The notes: a model not told the origin generated them from the sequence alone. A stretch of DNA of 64,000 nt from an uncultured Spirochaetota bacterium (GCA_963835575.1 CAWIGG010000006.1:64001-128000); one strand, 5' to 3'. Counted from the stretch's first letter, positions 10,639 through 21,178 are shown. Numbers and translations are program-made.

Positions 10639-10782
10639 GTCATTGCGAGCACTCGGCTATATACTTCGCCAAAGATTTAAATGCGAAGCAATCTGTCTGC
10701 AGATAAAGATAACTTAATGAATTGACAGATTGCTTCGCGCGATAGTAATCATCGAAGGATAGAACGGGCCGCTCGCAATGAC
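10639..10782. repeat. 144-bp nested palindromic repeat (GTCATTGCGAG family), copy 1
   Basis: Outer stem GTCATTGCGAGC/GCTCGCAATGAC; inner stem CGAAGCAATCTGT/ACAGATTGCTTCG. Confidence 0.85.
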
Positions 10783-10899
10783 GGCTTAATAAATCCATTT
10801 TCTCTTCTTCTTCCTTTTTCATGTTAAAACAATCAAAAATTGAATAAAAGAGAACAGCTATTTAAAATAATAGGTTATTAATAACAGAGGGGGAGGAGT

Positions 10900-12171
10900 A
10901 TGGATAAAAACTGGCAGCTTTTAAAACAGAACGACCCGGAAGTTTTCAACGCCGTCCTGGGCGAGGAAGAGCGCGAGAGGAAGGGGATTGAGCTCATTCC
11001 TTCGGAAAATTATACATACCCGGAAGTTTTCGCCGCGAACGGCAGTATTTTCACGAATAAATATTCGGAAGGCTACCCGGGCAGAAGATATTACGGCGGG
11101 CAGGAATATACCGATTTTATTGAAAGGCTGGCGATAGAACGCGCCAAAAAAGTCTTCCGGTGCGAGCATGCCAATGTGCAGGCGCTTTCCGGTTCGCCTA
11201 TGAACCAGGCGGTTTATCTGGCTTTCCTGAAACCCGGCGATACCGTTCTGGGGATGGACCTATCCCATGGCGGGCATCTGACGCATGGAGCGCCTGTTTC
11301 CCATATAGGGCGGATCTTCAATTTTGTCCGATATAAAACGGACCCGGATGATAAAGGCAGGATCGATTTTGAGGCGCTGATGAAAACCGCTAAGGAAACA
11401 AAGCCCAAGATCGTTCTGTGCGGCTATACTTCTTATCCCAGGGATTATAATTATGAGGATTTTAAAAGGGTCGCGGACGAGGTCGGCGCCATTACCATGG
11501 CGGACGTGGCGCATATCGGCGGGCTCATCGCCGGGGGAGTGATGAAAAACCCCTTTGATTACGGCTTTGATATCGTGACGACGACAACCCATAAAAGCCT
11601 GAGAGGGCCGAGAGGGGCACTCATCATGTGCAGGGAAAAATACGCTCCGCAGATCGATAAGTCGGTATTTCCCGGCCTTCAGGGCGGGCCCCATATGCAT
11701 ACGATAGCCGCCATAGCTGTCACGCTGGGCAAAGCCCTTCAGCCCGAGTTCAAAGAGTATGCCGTTCAGATACTCAAGAACGCGAAGGCGCTTTCTGAGA
11801 CTTTGATGATAAACAGCGTAAAGCTGATCACAGACGGCACGGATAACCATATGATGGTGGCGGACACTGTCAAAAGCTTCGGTATAGACGGGAAGCTTTC
11901 AGAACAGGTCCTGGACAGAGTTTCAATAACCACAAACAAGCAGATCATCCCGGATGATCCCAATCCGCCTTTAAGGCCGAGCGGCATCCGCCTGGGCACA
12001 CCGGCCGCCACAACGCGCGGCATGAAGGAAGCCGAGATGAAGAAAATAGGGGAATGGATAGCGAGGGCCCTCAAAAACCATCAGGACGAGAAAGCCCTTG
12101 AAGCGATAAAAAAAGAAGTGGAAAAACTCTGCGTGAAATTTCCCGTTCCGGGTCTGGTACTGGCAGGATAA
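10900..12171 (+). CDS. glyA: Serine hydroxymethyltransferase
   Basis: LIPSENY, NKYSEGYPGRRYYGG, GGHLTHG, TTTHKSLRGPRG. Confidence 0.99.
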   Translation: MDKNWQLLKQNDPEVFNAVLGEEERERKGIELIPSENYTYPEVFAANGSIFTNKYSEGYPGRRYYGGQEYTDFIERLAIERAKKVFRCEHANVQALSGSPMNQAVYLAFLKPGDTVLGMDLSHGGHLTHGAPVSHIGRIFNFVRYKTDPDDKGRIDFEALMKTAKETKPKIVLCGYTSYPRDYNYEDFKRVADEVGAITMADVAHIGGLIAGGVMKNPFDYGFDIVTTTTHKSLRGPRGALIMCREKYAPQIDKSVFPGLQGGPHMHTIAAIAVTLGKALQPEFKEYAVQILKNAKALSETLMINSVKLITDGTDNHMMVADTVKSFGIDGKLSEQVLDRVSITTNKQIIPDDPNPPLRPSGIRLGTPAATTRGMKEAEMKKIGEWIARALKNHQDEKALEAIKKEVEKLCVKFPVPGLVLAG

Positions 12172-12188
12172 TTTGTAAATTTTAAATT

Positions 12189-12330
12189 GCCACAGAATTT
12201 CACGGAATAAACACAGAAATATTTTATATTATTCCCTAAGTTAAAGGTTTGGGCATTAGGGTGATTAATCAATAAGAAATAATCCTCAACAAGATATTTT
12301 AATCCGTGAATTTCTGTGTAATTCTGTGGC
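12189..12330. repeat. Gene-less tandem-unit inverted element (CACAGAA type)
   Basis: GCCACAGAATTTCACGGAATAAACACAGAAAT ... ATCCGTGAATTTCTGTGTAATTCTGTGGC. Confidence 0.8.
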
Positions 12331-12350
12331 TGAAAATTGTTGGAGGTAAT

Positions 12351-13532
12351 ATGGAATCGATTTTCGCGGACCGCGTCAGCGATGTGCCCCGTTCTTTCAT
12401 CAGGGAAATACTCAAGGTCACTGTGGACCCGGAGACGATATCCTTCGCCGGCGGGCTTCCCAGCCGCGACTTTTTTCCGATCAATGAAATAAAAGCAGCC
12501 TGCGATAAAGTGCTGGATACGGCCGGAAAGGAAGTGCTGCAGTACAGCACATCGGAAGGGCACCTGCCGCTCAGGCAGTTTATCGCCGGACGATATTTTA
12601 AAACAAAAGGGCTTAAAATAGACCCGGACGAGGTCCTCATTACGAACGGCTCCCAGCAGGGGCTTGACCTGCTCGGCAAGACTTTTTTAAATGAATGCGA
12701 CAGCGTCATCATAGAAAAGCCGGGCTATCTGGGCGCCATTCAGGCATTTTCAATTTACAGGGCAAATTTTCACCCGGTACCGCTTTATGAAGACGGCCCT
12801 GATGTAGAAGCGATCAAAGATATTCTGAGGAAAAACTGCGTCAAGCTGTTTTACGCCGTTCCCAATTTCCAGAACCCTACCGGTATCAGCTATTCGGAAG
12901 AGAAAAGAAAAGCCGTCGCGGAAGCGATGAAGGATTACCCGGCTCTTTTTATCGAGGACGACCCGTACGGCGAGCTCCGCTTTATGGGGAAGGCTATGTC
13001 TTCGATCAAGACATACCTGCCTGAAAACACGGTCCTTCTCGGCTCTTTTTCAAAAATAGTCGTTCCTTCATTCAGGCTCGGCTGGCTCTGCGCCCGGAAA
13101 GACCTGATGGACAGGATTATCGTGGCCAAACAGGCTTCCGATCTGCATACCGATTATTTCGCCCAGCGGATCGTCTATCAATATTTAATCGATAACGATA
13201 TAGACGCCCATATCAGTGAAATAAGGGTTGCTTATAAAAAGCAGCGCGACGCCATGGTGAGAGCGATAAAGGAAAAGCTGCCGGCCGGGATCCGCTGTAC
13301 GGAGCCGGAAGGCGGCATGTTCCTCTGGATGACGCTGCCCGAAGGAGTTTCATCGCTCAAGCTTTTCGATTACGCCATTGAGGAAAAGGTCGCTTTTGTC
13401 CCAGGCAATCCCTTTTACGCGAAAGAAGCGGAAGAAAATACGCTCCGCCTCAACTTTACCAATGCGGATGAAAAGACCATCGATGAAGGGATCGGACGCC
13501 TCGCGCGGGCGATGAAGAAAATGGGGATGTAG
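12351..13532 (+). CDS. PLP-dependent class I/II aminotransferase (LysN/MocR-like domain)
   Basis: ISFAGGLP, FQNPTG, EDDPYGEL, GSFSK, PEGGMFLW; GGAGG RBS before ATG 12351. Confidence 0.93.
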   Translation: MESIFADRVSDVPRSFIREILKVTVDPETISFAGGLPSRDFFPINEIKAACDKVLDTAGKEVLQYSTSEGHLPLRQFIAGRYFKTKGLKIDPDEVLITNGSQQGLDLLGKTFLNECDSVIIEKPGYLGAIQAFSIYRANFHPVPLYEDGPDVEAIKDILRKNCVKLFYAVPNFQNPTGISYSEEKRKAVAEAMKDYPALFIEDDPYGELRFMGKAMSSIKTYLPENTVLLGSFSKIVVPSFRLGWLCARKDLMDRIIVAKQASDLHTDYFAQRIVYQYLIDNDIDAHISEIRVAYKKQRDAMVRAIKEKLPAGIRCTEPEGGMFLWMTLPEGVSSLKLFDYAIEEKVAFVPGNPFYAKEAEENTLRLNFTNADEKTIDEGIGRLARAMKKMGM

Positions 13533-13713
13533 GTGAGGCAATTAGGGTCAGTAAAACAAATGCCGTTTATGAAACCAATATATGTTAATACAATTAAGAT
13601 TTTCTATATTCTCTCGTCATACCCGGTTGTGATAATAATCGATCTGCTATATAATAAATGTGATTTTTTAAATTATAGGAGGAAATAGTAAGCAATTCAA
13701 ACAATGGGGCTTA

Positions 13714-14598
13714 TTGCCGGCTTTTATAATAATTGTTCTTATAGCCGCCTGTTCAACCCAGCCTAATGCCGGGGGCGGCGGAAGCGGCGGCGGTTCAACA
13801 TCATCATCAGTCAACAGCAGTACCGGTGGATCTTCGTCCGCCAGCAGCATAATTGGAGCGCAGTGGGAATGCGCCGTCAATTCAGCGTCTTTTAGAGGAA
13901 GACGCTGGCATACCAGTCTTGTATTTAATAATAAAATCTGGGTTATCGGCGGGCAGAATCCCAGTTATATTGAGACCAATGATGTGTGGTTCTCATCCGA
14001 CGGGACCAACTGGACCTGCGCGACCAATAATGCCGCATTCGGCGACAGGCGGGATTTTACCTGCCTGGTTTATAATAACTCTATCTGGCTTGTGGGCGGG
14101 GTCAGCAGTTCAGGCATTTGCCAAGGTGATTCCTGGTTTACTTCCGATGGGACCAACTGGAATAAGGCTGCCGATTCGGCGGGGTACGATTATCATAACA
14201 GCCATACCATGCTTGGATTCAACGGCAATATGTGGATAATCGCCGGTTCTAACCCTACCGGCGCGCCGGGTTGGACCAATGATGTGTTTTATTCCCCGAA
14301 CGGGACCGGCTGGAACCGCGCGACATATCATGCGGATTTCCATGCCCGCCAGTATCATACGAGCGTGGTTTTTGACAACAAAATGTGGGTCATCGCGGGG
14401 GATTTTGACGGAGGTGCCACAATAACCAATGATGTGTGGTATTCTGCCAACGGCACTAACTGGACGATTGCAACTAACGGCGCCGCTTTTTCAACGAGAT
14501 ATGCCTGTACCAGTGTTGTTTTCAAAAACACGATGTGGGTTATCGGAGGCTATAATTTGAGTGATGGACATTTAAACGATGTCTGGTACGCGAAGTAA
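13714..14598 (+). CDS. Lipoprotein with Kelch-like beta-propeller repeats (start uncertain)
   Basis: Lipobox IAAC, Gly/Ser linker, repeated VFxNKxWVIGG...NDVWYSxDGTNW. Confidence 0.8.
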   Translation: MPAFIIIVLIAACSTQPNAGGGGSGGGSTSSSVNSSTGGSSSASSIIGAQWECAVNSASFRGRRWHTSLVFNNKIWVIGGQNPSYIETNDVWFSSDGTNWTCATNNAAFGDRRDFTCLVYNNSIWLVGGVSSSGICQGDSWFTSDGTNWNKAADSAGYDYHNSHTMLGFNGNMWIIAGSNPTGAPGWTNDVFYSPNGTGWNRATYHADFHARQYHTSVVFDNKMWVIAGDFDGGATITNDVWYSANGTNWTIATNGAAFSTRYACTSVVFKNTMWVIGGYNLSDGHLNDVWYAK

Positions 14599-14616
14599 AA
14601 AAAGTCATTGTATAAC

Positions 14617-14648
14617 GGCCCCGGAAAATGTTCCGGGGCTTTTTTTTG
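14617..14648 (+). terminator. Intrinsic terminator
   Basis: GCCCCGGAA..TTCCGGGGC plus a long T-run. Confidence 0.8.
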
Positions 14649-14721
14649 CTTATAAAGCTTGAGCGCCCCGGCAATAGCGATGATGAAAATGGGAAGTAAA
14701 AATTATTAACTTAATAAGTCT

Positions 14722-14801
14722 TCCGCGAAGCCACGCTAAGGATTCTCTTTTCTAATTCAACCATTCATTACTCTTCGCGTCTATTCGCGTGCATTAGCGG
14801 A
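14722..14801. repeat. Gene-less CGC(G/T)AA-type inverted element next to a GxxExxY element
   Basis: TCCGCGAAGCCACGCTAA ... TTCGCGTCTATTCGCGTGCATTAGCGGA. Confidence 0.8.
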
Positions 14802-14820
14802 TTACCCGGTTCTTCAGTCT

Positions 14821-15292
14821 TCCGCGAAGCCACGCGAATACACGCTAATTCTAATTTTTAGTACTGGCAAATCTTTTCCATTCCAGTTTATTTTTCGAAC
14901 CAAAATTTATTATAAGTCCCAGAGTTAAACCCGTGGCTTTTAAGTAATTTAATAGCTGTGCTTCATCTTTGGAAGTGATCTTTTCTTCAACTTTCAGTTC
15001 AATAATTATTTTATTAAAGCATATTAAATCGGCAATATATTCTTTTTGAAGAACTCTCTCTTTATAATTAATACTTAAACGTTTTTGAGATTCATATGGA
15101 ATATGCCGCATTTTTAATTCAATTTCAAGAGCTTCTTGATAAACCGCCTCTAAAAACCCAATTCCCAGTTCATTCTGAACTTCAATGGCACAACCTATAA
15201 TTTTGAAAACTTCATCTTTAAAAATTAAATCAACCGGCATACAAAAATCCTGTTTTTAATTCATTTTATTTTAATTCGCGTGCCTTAGCGGA
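14821..15292 (-). mobile_element. Putative GxxExxY element (gene flanked by tandem-unit inverted arms)
   Basis: TCCGCGAAGCCACGCGAATACACGCTAA ... ATTCGCGTGCCTTAGCGGA around an AT-rich gene; mobility inferred. Confidence 0.6.
14851..15240 (-). CDS. GxxExxY protein (PD-(D/E)xK-type nuclease family)
   Basis: GFLEAVY, ADLI...IELK, QLLNYLK, LIINFG. Confidence 0.93.
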   Translation of the reverse strand: MPVDLIFKDEVFKIIGCAIEVQNELGIGFLEAVYQEALEIELKMRHIPYESQKRLSINYKERVLQKEYIADLICFNKIIIELKVEEKITSKDEAQLLNYLKATGLTLGLIINFGSKNKLEWKRFASTKN

Positions 15293-15307
15293 CTATCCGA
15301 TTCCTAA

Positions 15308-16165
15308 TTATTTCCTTATCAGAGCTACAATAATCACCAGTGCCGCTAAAAACCATCTGTAATATGCGAAGACGCCTGTGGAGTTCTTCTGCAGAAACCT
15401 CAGAAGGAATTTGATGCAGAAAAAGCCGGTGACCGCCGCGGTCAAAGAACCGGCGATAAAGAACGCCAAGTCATTATGCATAAAATCGGACAGTTTTATG
15501 GTCTTATGAAGATCGTACAGGCCCTTCAGCCCGGCGCCCGCGATGATCGGCGCGGAAAGTAGGAATGAAAAGCGCGCGGCGGACTCGCGCGTGAGGCCCA
15601 GGGCCATTCCGGCGGTGATGGTGCTTCCCGACCGCGACACCCCGGGAAATATCGCCAGCGCCTGCGCGAGGCCGATCAGGGACGCGTCTTTAGCCGTCAT
15701 CTCTTCCATCCGGCGGGTGTGCTTGATCAGTCTGTCGGCCGCGAAAAGAAGCCCGCCCATCAGGGCTATGATGATCCCCATCGCGATCATCGCGGAGGGA
15801 TTGATGGGGGTTGTATGAAAGAGCTTATCAATTTTGCTTTCAAAAAATACCCCGGCCAGACCTCCCGGTATACAGCCGATGATCAAAAACCAGACAAGAC
15901 GCCGGTCGAATATGCCTTTTATTTTGCGTTCGGCAATGCTCTGCACGCCGGCTTTGATCAGCCGCGCCCAATCCGGGGCGAAGAAGACGATCAACGCGAG
16001 AAGCGTCCCCATATGAAGGGCGATGTCGAAAGAAAGGCCCGTCAGGACCGGGTCATTCCAGCCGAAAAGCCAGCGTATGATGACCAGATGTGCCGAGCTG
16101 GAGATGGGGATAAATTCCGTCAAGCCCTGAACTATGCCGAGGATGACCGCCTGTAAAAAAGTCAT
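15308..16165 (-). CDS. uppP: Undecaprenyl-diphosphatase
   Basis: GIVQGLTEFIPISSSAH, PGVSRSGSTI, ARFSFLLS. Confidence 0.97.
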   Translation of the reverse strand: MTFLQAVILGIVQGLTEFIPISSSAHLVIIRWLFGWNDPVLTGLSFDIALHMGTLLALIVFFAPDWARLIKAGVQSIAERKIKGIFDRRLVWFLIIGCIPGGLAGVFFESKIDKLFHTTPINPSAMIAMGIIIALMGGLLFAADRLIKHTRRMEEMTAKDASLIGLAQALAIFPGVSRSGSTITAGMALGLTRESAARFSFLLSAPIIAGAGLKGLYDLHKTIKLSDFMHNDLAFFIAGSLTAAVTGFFCIKFLLRFLQKNSTGVFAYYRWFLAALVIIVALIRK

Positions 16166-16295
16166 GTTAAACTCCCTGATTTTTTTTTAAGGTGATATTA
16201 TATTGTGTTTCTGATTAAAAATCAAAACATCCCGGTCTATTGCTTTTATTGTGGATTTTTTTGCCCTAAACTAAAATATGCCCGGATTGATTTAT

Positions 16296-16354
16296 GGGCA
16301 GTTCCAAAAACTAAAAATTTATCAGATATTTCCACAATAAGTTTTGGAACTGCC
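16296..16354. repeat. 59-bp GGCAGTTCCAAAA hairpin repeat
   Basis: Near-identical to 32075-32133; 13-bp terminal inverted repeat. Confidence 0.85.
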
Positions 16355-16391
16355 ACTATATAAAAGAGAAATAGCAATCCGGATAAATGAT

Positions 16392-17711
16392 ATGCGGGAA
16401 ATATTAGTGAAAAGAAATGCTGTATTATTTTACATTTTATTATCTTTTTTATTAACATCACCGGTCCATTCTTATATCATACATTCAATCAGCATTGTCA
16501 GCAACACAAAAACGAAGAATTCCATAATAGAGCAGGAACTGCTTTTTAAGAAGGGTGACACTTATTCCACTTTAGAGCTTCCGGCCGTCATCAGCAACAG
16601 CGCTCAGAATATTAAAAACCTGGGCATCTTCAGCGAAGTTAAAATAGGTTATATTATAATCTCAAATTCCGCGGCTGATAATGCCGCGGACTGTCCGGTC
16701 GATGTTATAGTCGCGGCCGTTGACAAATGGACTTTGTTCCCGGTCCCCTATTATTTTTATGATAATAAAACCGGGCATATGATCGGATTTCTGATCGAGG
16801 AGGGCAATCTATTCGGCCTGAACCAGCAGCTCGATCTGGAAGGCCAGTATGTGACAGTCCCGGATTTTAAAGACATTGAAATAACTTATGATTATCCCAG
16901 GGTCTCGGGTAGTTATTATAATTTTGAGGTTAAGCTGGCCTATCAGGATTTTCTGGATTCGCATTATGATAATAATACGCTTGATTATCTTTCAAGGACC
17001 GTGGAGTGGGATTTTTATACGAAAGCGGACCGCGTTTTCCCGGTCAGCGGCAGCCGGTGGGATATTTACGGGGATATTACCGTCAATCTTATTACCAATA
17101 AAGTCGGCTTAAACAGCATCAATACCGTTCCGGTAAATAGGACCCTGACGTATCTCGGGATCGGCGCCGGTCAGGGCCTGATCAACAGGGACGGCGGCAC
17201 CGTCTGGGGCGATGATAATTATATCTGGTTCGGCCTGTCACCGCTGGATTCCGGCTGGAAAACGGAATTACAGCACAGTAAGTTCTTCGCCGTTTTTAAT
17301 AAAAGCGTTATCGGATACAGGCTGAGGGCCCGCCTCAGCCCGACCGAGGACTCGCCGCTGGATCTGGATTCGATCAGGGGAATAAAACTGGGGGATGTCA
17401 GGGGAAATTACATTTTTTACGGGAATATAGATTTCCGTATTTATATTCTGACTTTTGACTGGCCGACAAAACTTGAATTTTTTATCCCGCTGTTTTTCGA
17501 TTTCGGCAGCGGCTTCAGGAACGGCGAGGCCGCTGATATTTCAAAAACAATTTATACTATCGGGGCCGGGGTCCGGTTTTATCCCCTGGAACTGGGCGAT
17601 AAAGATTCGGCGTTCAGGTTCGATATCGGCGTTAATATGCCTGACCTTTTAAGCGGGGAAAGTTTCGAGAATTACATTTATATCGCCTTCAGTTTTTCCG
17701 AATATTTTTAA
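16392..17711 (+). CDS. POTRA-domain BamA/TamA-like outer membrane protein
   Basis: Signal peptide; POTRA motifs (NTKTKNSII; NLGIFSEV); EGNLFG; IRG; C-terminal Phe; the TTG start in the ORF track lies inside a repeat. Confidence 0.75.
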   Translation: MREILVKRNAVLFYILLSFLLTSPVHSYIIHSISIVSNTKTKNSIIEQELLFKKGDTYSTLELPAVISNSAQNIKNLGIFSEVKIGYIIISNSAADNAADCPVDVIVAAVDKWTLFPVPYYFYDNKTGHMIGFLIEEGNLFGLNQQLDLEGQYVTVPDFKDIEITYDYPRVSGSYYNFEVKLAYQDFLDSHYDNNTLDYLSRTVEWDFYTKADRVFPVSGSRWDIYGDITVNLITNKVGLNSINTVPVNRTLTYLGIGAGQGLINRDGGTVWGDDNYIWFGLSPLDSGWKTELQHSKFFAVFNKSVIGYRLRARLSPTEDSPLDLDSIRGIKLGDVRGNYIFYGNIDFRIYILTFDWPTKLEFFIPLFFDFGSGFRNGEAADISKTIYTIGAGVRFYPLELGDKDSAFRFDIGVNMPDLLSGESFENYIYIAFSFSEYF

Positions 17712-17721
17712 AGGAGGCCGC

Positions 17722-18587
17722 ATGACGCGCTCGACATGGCTGCACCTCAGGATCCCTTTTTCTTTATTTTTAATGCCCGTCTTTCTTCTTTCAATCACGG
17801 CAGCTCATGATATCGATATCTTTAAGCTCATTCTTTCTTTTGTCATTATCCATCTCTTACTTTATCCGGCGTCCAACGGCTTTAATTCGTATTATGACAG
17901 GGACGAGGAAAGCATCGGCGGCCTGAAAAACCCTCCGGCCGTGACAAAAGACCTCCTCCGGGTCTCGCTTCTGTTTGATCTGGCCGCTCTACTGTTCGGT
18001 TTTTTCATCAGCGCGCAGTTTGTCCTGTGTTTATTCATTTACGGCCTCGCCTCGAAGGCCTACAGTCATGATAAAATCCGCTTGAAAAAAAGGCCCATCG
18101 CGGGCTGGCTCGGCACGGGTATTGTCCAGGGCGCCTTTACATTTCTTATGGCATACGGCGCGTTTGATAAAACCGGGTATAATGATCTTTTCAGGCCGGA
18201 AATTATCCAGCTGGCGGCTTTGACAAGCGTTTTTCTGCTGGCTTCCTATCCTATGACACAGGTCTATCAGCACGGCGAGGACGGCCGGCGGGGGACAGGA
18301 CCATATCCCTTGTTTTAGGCATAAAAGGGACTTTTATCTTTACGGCCGTTTTATTCGCCGCCGTGACATTGTGCTTCTTCGCTTATTATTATTTTTTTAA
18401 GGGGCTTTTGCCTGCTTTCATTTTTATCTGCTTTCAACTGCCGGTCATTATTTATTTTTTGTTCTGGCTCAGGCGGGTTTACCGGAATGAGAAAGGGGCC
18501 GATTTTGCATCAGCCATGAAGCTGAATATTATTTCCTCGGCCTCGATGAGTTTATTCTGCGCTGTCCTGTTGATTTTTTTCCGTTAG
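17722..18587 (+). pseudogene. UbiA prenyltransferase family protein with a -1 frameshift (possible sequencing error)
   Basis: NSYYDRDE and YQHGED motifs; one extra G in the G5 run 18290-18294 restores RRGDRTISLVLG in frame with ORF 18363-18587. Confidence 0.8.
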
Positions 18588-18769
18588 CAGGATATTTAAA
18601 ATTCCCGGCGGATTCTTAACCATGATCATTGACTATCTTTTTTCCTGTGATAAAATATTGGACTTTATAGAATAATTTTGATTATATTTTAATTACTATT
18701 AAGAATAAAGAGCAGATAAATCCGTTTGACGGCTGATATATGAAAACATAAAGAAGAGGATATTTATTT

Positions 18770-19333
18770 ATGAAAGAACTGGTTAAATGCAAATCATGCG
18801 GCTATATTATGGAAAAAGGAAAACTCAAGGATAAATGCCCCGCCTGCGGTGTCCCCGCCGCCATGTTTGAGCCTTATGCGGAAAAGATTTCTTCTCCCCG
18901 GCGGAAATTCATCCTTTCGCTCGACATCCATCCCGTTATCGTGCATTTTCCTCAGGCGTTTACAGTTACTATTCTGGTATTGTCAATAATAGCCGCTTTG
19001 ATAAAAGGCGGCGTACAGGCTTCACTTTTGACGACTGTCGGCGTTCTGTCCTGCTGTCTGCCGCTGGTCGTACTGGGGGCTTTCCTGGCCGGCCTAATGG
19101 ACGGAAAAATCCGCTTCCGGAGGGTAACGACGCCGATCCTGGTCAAAAAGATAATTTTAGCGGGCCTTTTCTTCCTGCTTTCAATCGCCATTCTTTTACT
19201 CAATATATTTTATAAGCTGGATAATCCGGCAGTCCTGTACGCGGTTATAATACTGAGCGCGGGATGCCTGGTTTGCGGCAGTATTTTGGCGAAGTATGGA
19301 GTCAGCCTGCTCGAGGCGAAATTCCCGGGATAA
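18770..19333 (+). CDS. Rubredoxin-like domain fused to a membrane domain (DUF2231-like)
   Basis: CKSCGY..CPACG; HPVIVHFP; four TM segments. Confidence 0.75.
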   Translation: MKELVKCKSCGYIMEKGKLKDKCPACGVPAAMFEPYAEKISSPRRKFILSLDIHPVIVHFPQAFTVTILVLSIIAALIKGGVQASLLTTVGVLSCCLPLVVLGAFLAGLMDGKIRFRRVTTPILVKKIILAGLFFLLSIAILLLNIFYKLDNPAVLYAVIILSAGCLVCGSILAKYGVSLLEAKFPG

Positions 19334-19346
19334 TGCCAAATAAATA

Positions 19347-19448
19347 GCCACAGAATGACACGGAAACGCACTGAAATATTAATTGGTGTAATAAAAAATT
19401 CTGCCTATGCTTTTTTTTATTTCTGTGTTTTTCCGTGAAACTTGTGGC
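19347..19448. repeat. Gene-less tandem-unit inverted element (CACAGAA type)
   Basis: GCCACAGAATGACACGGAAACGCACTGAAAT ... ATTTCTGTGTTTTTCCGTGAAACTTGTGGC. Confidence 0.75.
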
Positions 19449-19497
19449 GAGCCTGCCGAATCCATTCTGAGGCAGAATATTATAAAAGGAGATATAT

Positions 19498-19746
19498 ATG
19501 AAGAATTCCATCACTCTGGGCATCGTTCTATTAATCATCGGGCTCATCGTTGGATATATCATTTTCGGAAAAGTCGCCGGCCAGTATATTTCCATCCTGA
19601 ATCTTCTGGGTTTAAAAACCGATTTCGGGCATAAGGTTTTAAATGCTGTCATAGGCATTGAAACGATCAGGATCAATATACTTCTCTGCGGGGCGGGCGG
19701 GTTTGCGGCCGGGTTTCTACTGGGCACGCTTGGAAAGAAAAGATAG
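19498..19746 (+). CDS. Small membrane protein
   Basis: AGGAG RBS; two hydrophobic segments. Confidence 0.65.
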   Translation: MKNSITLGIVLLIIGLIVGYIIFGKVAGQYISILNLLGLKTDFGHKVLNAVIGIETIRINILLCGAGGFAAGFLLGTLGKKR

Positions 19747-19800
19747 CGGAGAGCTGTGCTGCTTCGCAGCGCAGCCGTGATCGAGAATGTCCCCGGCGAC

Positions 19801-19993
19801 CAGACTGTGTAAAAAGAGCGTTCCCTGAGCGCCGCACTGAGTTTATCGAAGTGTGATTTGCCGAAGGCAAATTGTATCGAAGGGGACCCTATGTTATGCT
19901 CCCTTCGATGGTTCTGCAAGCTCACCACGAGTACAAGCGTAAAAGCAGGGAGAACGTACTCAGGGAGCGTTTTTTTACTTTTTACACAGTCTG
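19801..19993. mobile_element. MITE with IS1182-like ends
   Basis: CAGACTGTGTAAAAAG ... CTTTTTACACAGTCTG, matching the ends of the IS at 51052-52752. Confidence 0.75.
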
Positions 19994-20278
19994 GTCGCAT
20001 TCCATAAATACCTGTTTTCAACCATCTGCATACGGCATTTCACCGAGTAAAAGTTAAAGATGTCTTAATGAATGACTAAATCCTATAAAATCCGCCTCAT
20101 CCGTGAAAATCCGCGTGAACAATCGGATATTACAAAAATGCTTCTTCATTTCAAGTCTTTAATTGTTAAATCATGACTTCGTTAATATTTCCGCGGCTGA
20201 TTCCCCGCCGATTCTTGAACTTTATCTTCCATTATAATAAAATAATGCGATATCATAACAGAGGAGAAAAAGCGTTTT

Positions 20279-21178
20279 ATGAAAGTCTTTATGACAGGCG
20301 GTATGGGTTTTATCGGTTCATCAATTGTTATGACGCTGGTCAAAGCCGGGCACGAAGTAACGGTCCTTGCCAGGAACCCGGATAAAATCCCTCTTTTTAA
20401 AAAAACAGAAGGGATCAGGGTCATCAAAGGCGGTATGGAGGATTTGAACATAATTGAGAAAAATCTCCCCGGCCATGACGCCTGCATCCACAACGCCCTT
20501 TACTGGGGTAATTCCGCCGTGGAAATGCTGCAGAAGGACACGTTTTCCTCCGTCTGGCTTTTTGAGAAATCAGCCGGGGCCGGCGTCAAGCGCCTTATTT
20601 ATACTTCATCCACAGCCGCGCTGGGGGATTTCAGGCCTGACATGAACGAGGAGATGAAATCAAAACCCAACAATTATTACTGCGCGACAAAGGCGGCAAG
20701 CGAGGAATACCTTCTGGCGCTTTCTTATCAGCACCCCATGCGCTGCAATATTATCCGCCCCGGTTATACCGTGGGAAATCCCGTTGTCGAGGGCGCGCCG
20801 ATTGAGAACGACTCCCGCTTCCGTGACATTGTGAAAGCCGCGCTGGCTGGAAATGATATCCGCCTGGTCAAACAGGACGGGACGCAGTTTATCTGGGCCG
20901 GCGACCTCGCGCGGATCTATCTGGCTGTCCTGGAATCGAAAGTCAACAGGGAAATCTATTTCGGCCTGGGAAGCGAATGGGTTTCGTGGGAGAGGATAGC
21001 GCAAAAAGCCATAGAGTTTACCGGGTCAAAAAGCAGGATCGTTCTGGAGGACAAAGGATACGGCAAAGATCCTTACCTGTTTGATCTCAGCAAAATAAAG
21101 AAAGAGTTCGGCTTTTCATTTAAATCCTGGGATATCATAACGAAACATCTGGAATATCTGGCGCAGGTTTTAAGGTAA
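20279..21178 (+). CDS. NAD-dependent epimerase/dehydratase (extended SDR)
   Basis: TGGMGFIG, YTSS, YCATK (YxxxK). Confidence 0.9.
   Translation: MKVFMTGGMGFIGSSIVMTLVKAGHEVTVLARNPDKIPLFKKTEGIRVIKGGMEDLNIIEKNLPGHDACIHNALYWGNSAVEMLQKDTFSSVWLFEKSAGAGVKRLIYTSSTAALGDFRPDMNEEMKSKPNNYYCATKAASEEYLLALSYQHPMRCNIIRPGYTVGNPVVEGAPIENDSRFRDIVKAALAGNDIRLVKQDGTQFIWAGDLARIYLAVLESKVNREIYFGLGSEWVSWERIAQKAIEFTGSKSRIVLEDKGYGKDPYLFDLSKIKKEFGFSFKSWDIITKHLEYLAQVLR

Noticed and set aside
10640..10822. 60-aa minus-strand ORF
   Set aside because: It is the translation of the palindromic repeat (RHCER...AKQS)
10790..10899. Riboswitch upstream of glyA
   Set aside because: AT-rich, with no recognisable ZTP, glycine or THF aptamer
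14717..14850. CRISPR array
   Set aside because: Only two direct copies, built from inverted arms; no regular repeat-spacer series and no cas genes
19302..20057. ORFs 19302-20021, 19407-19634, 19673-19870 and 19872-20057
   Set aside because: They run through repeats or the MITE, or overlap a better-supported gene
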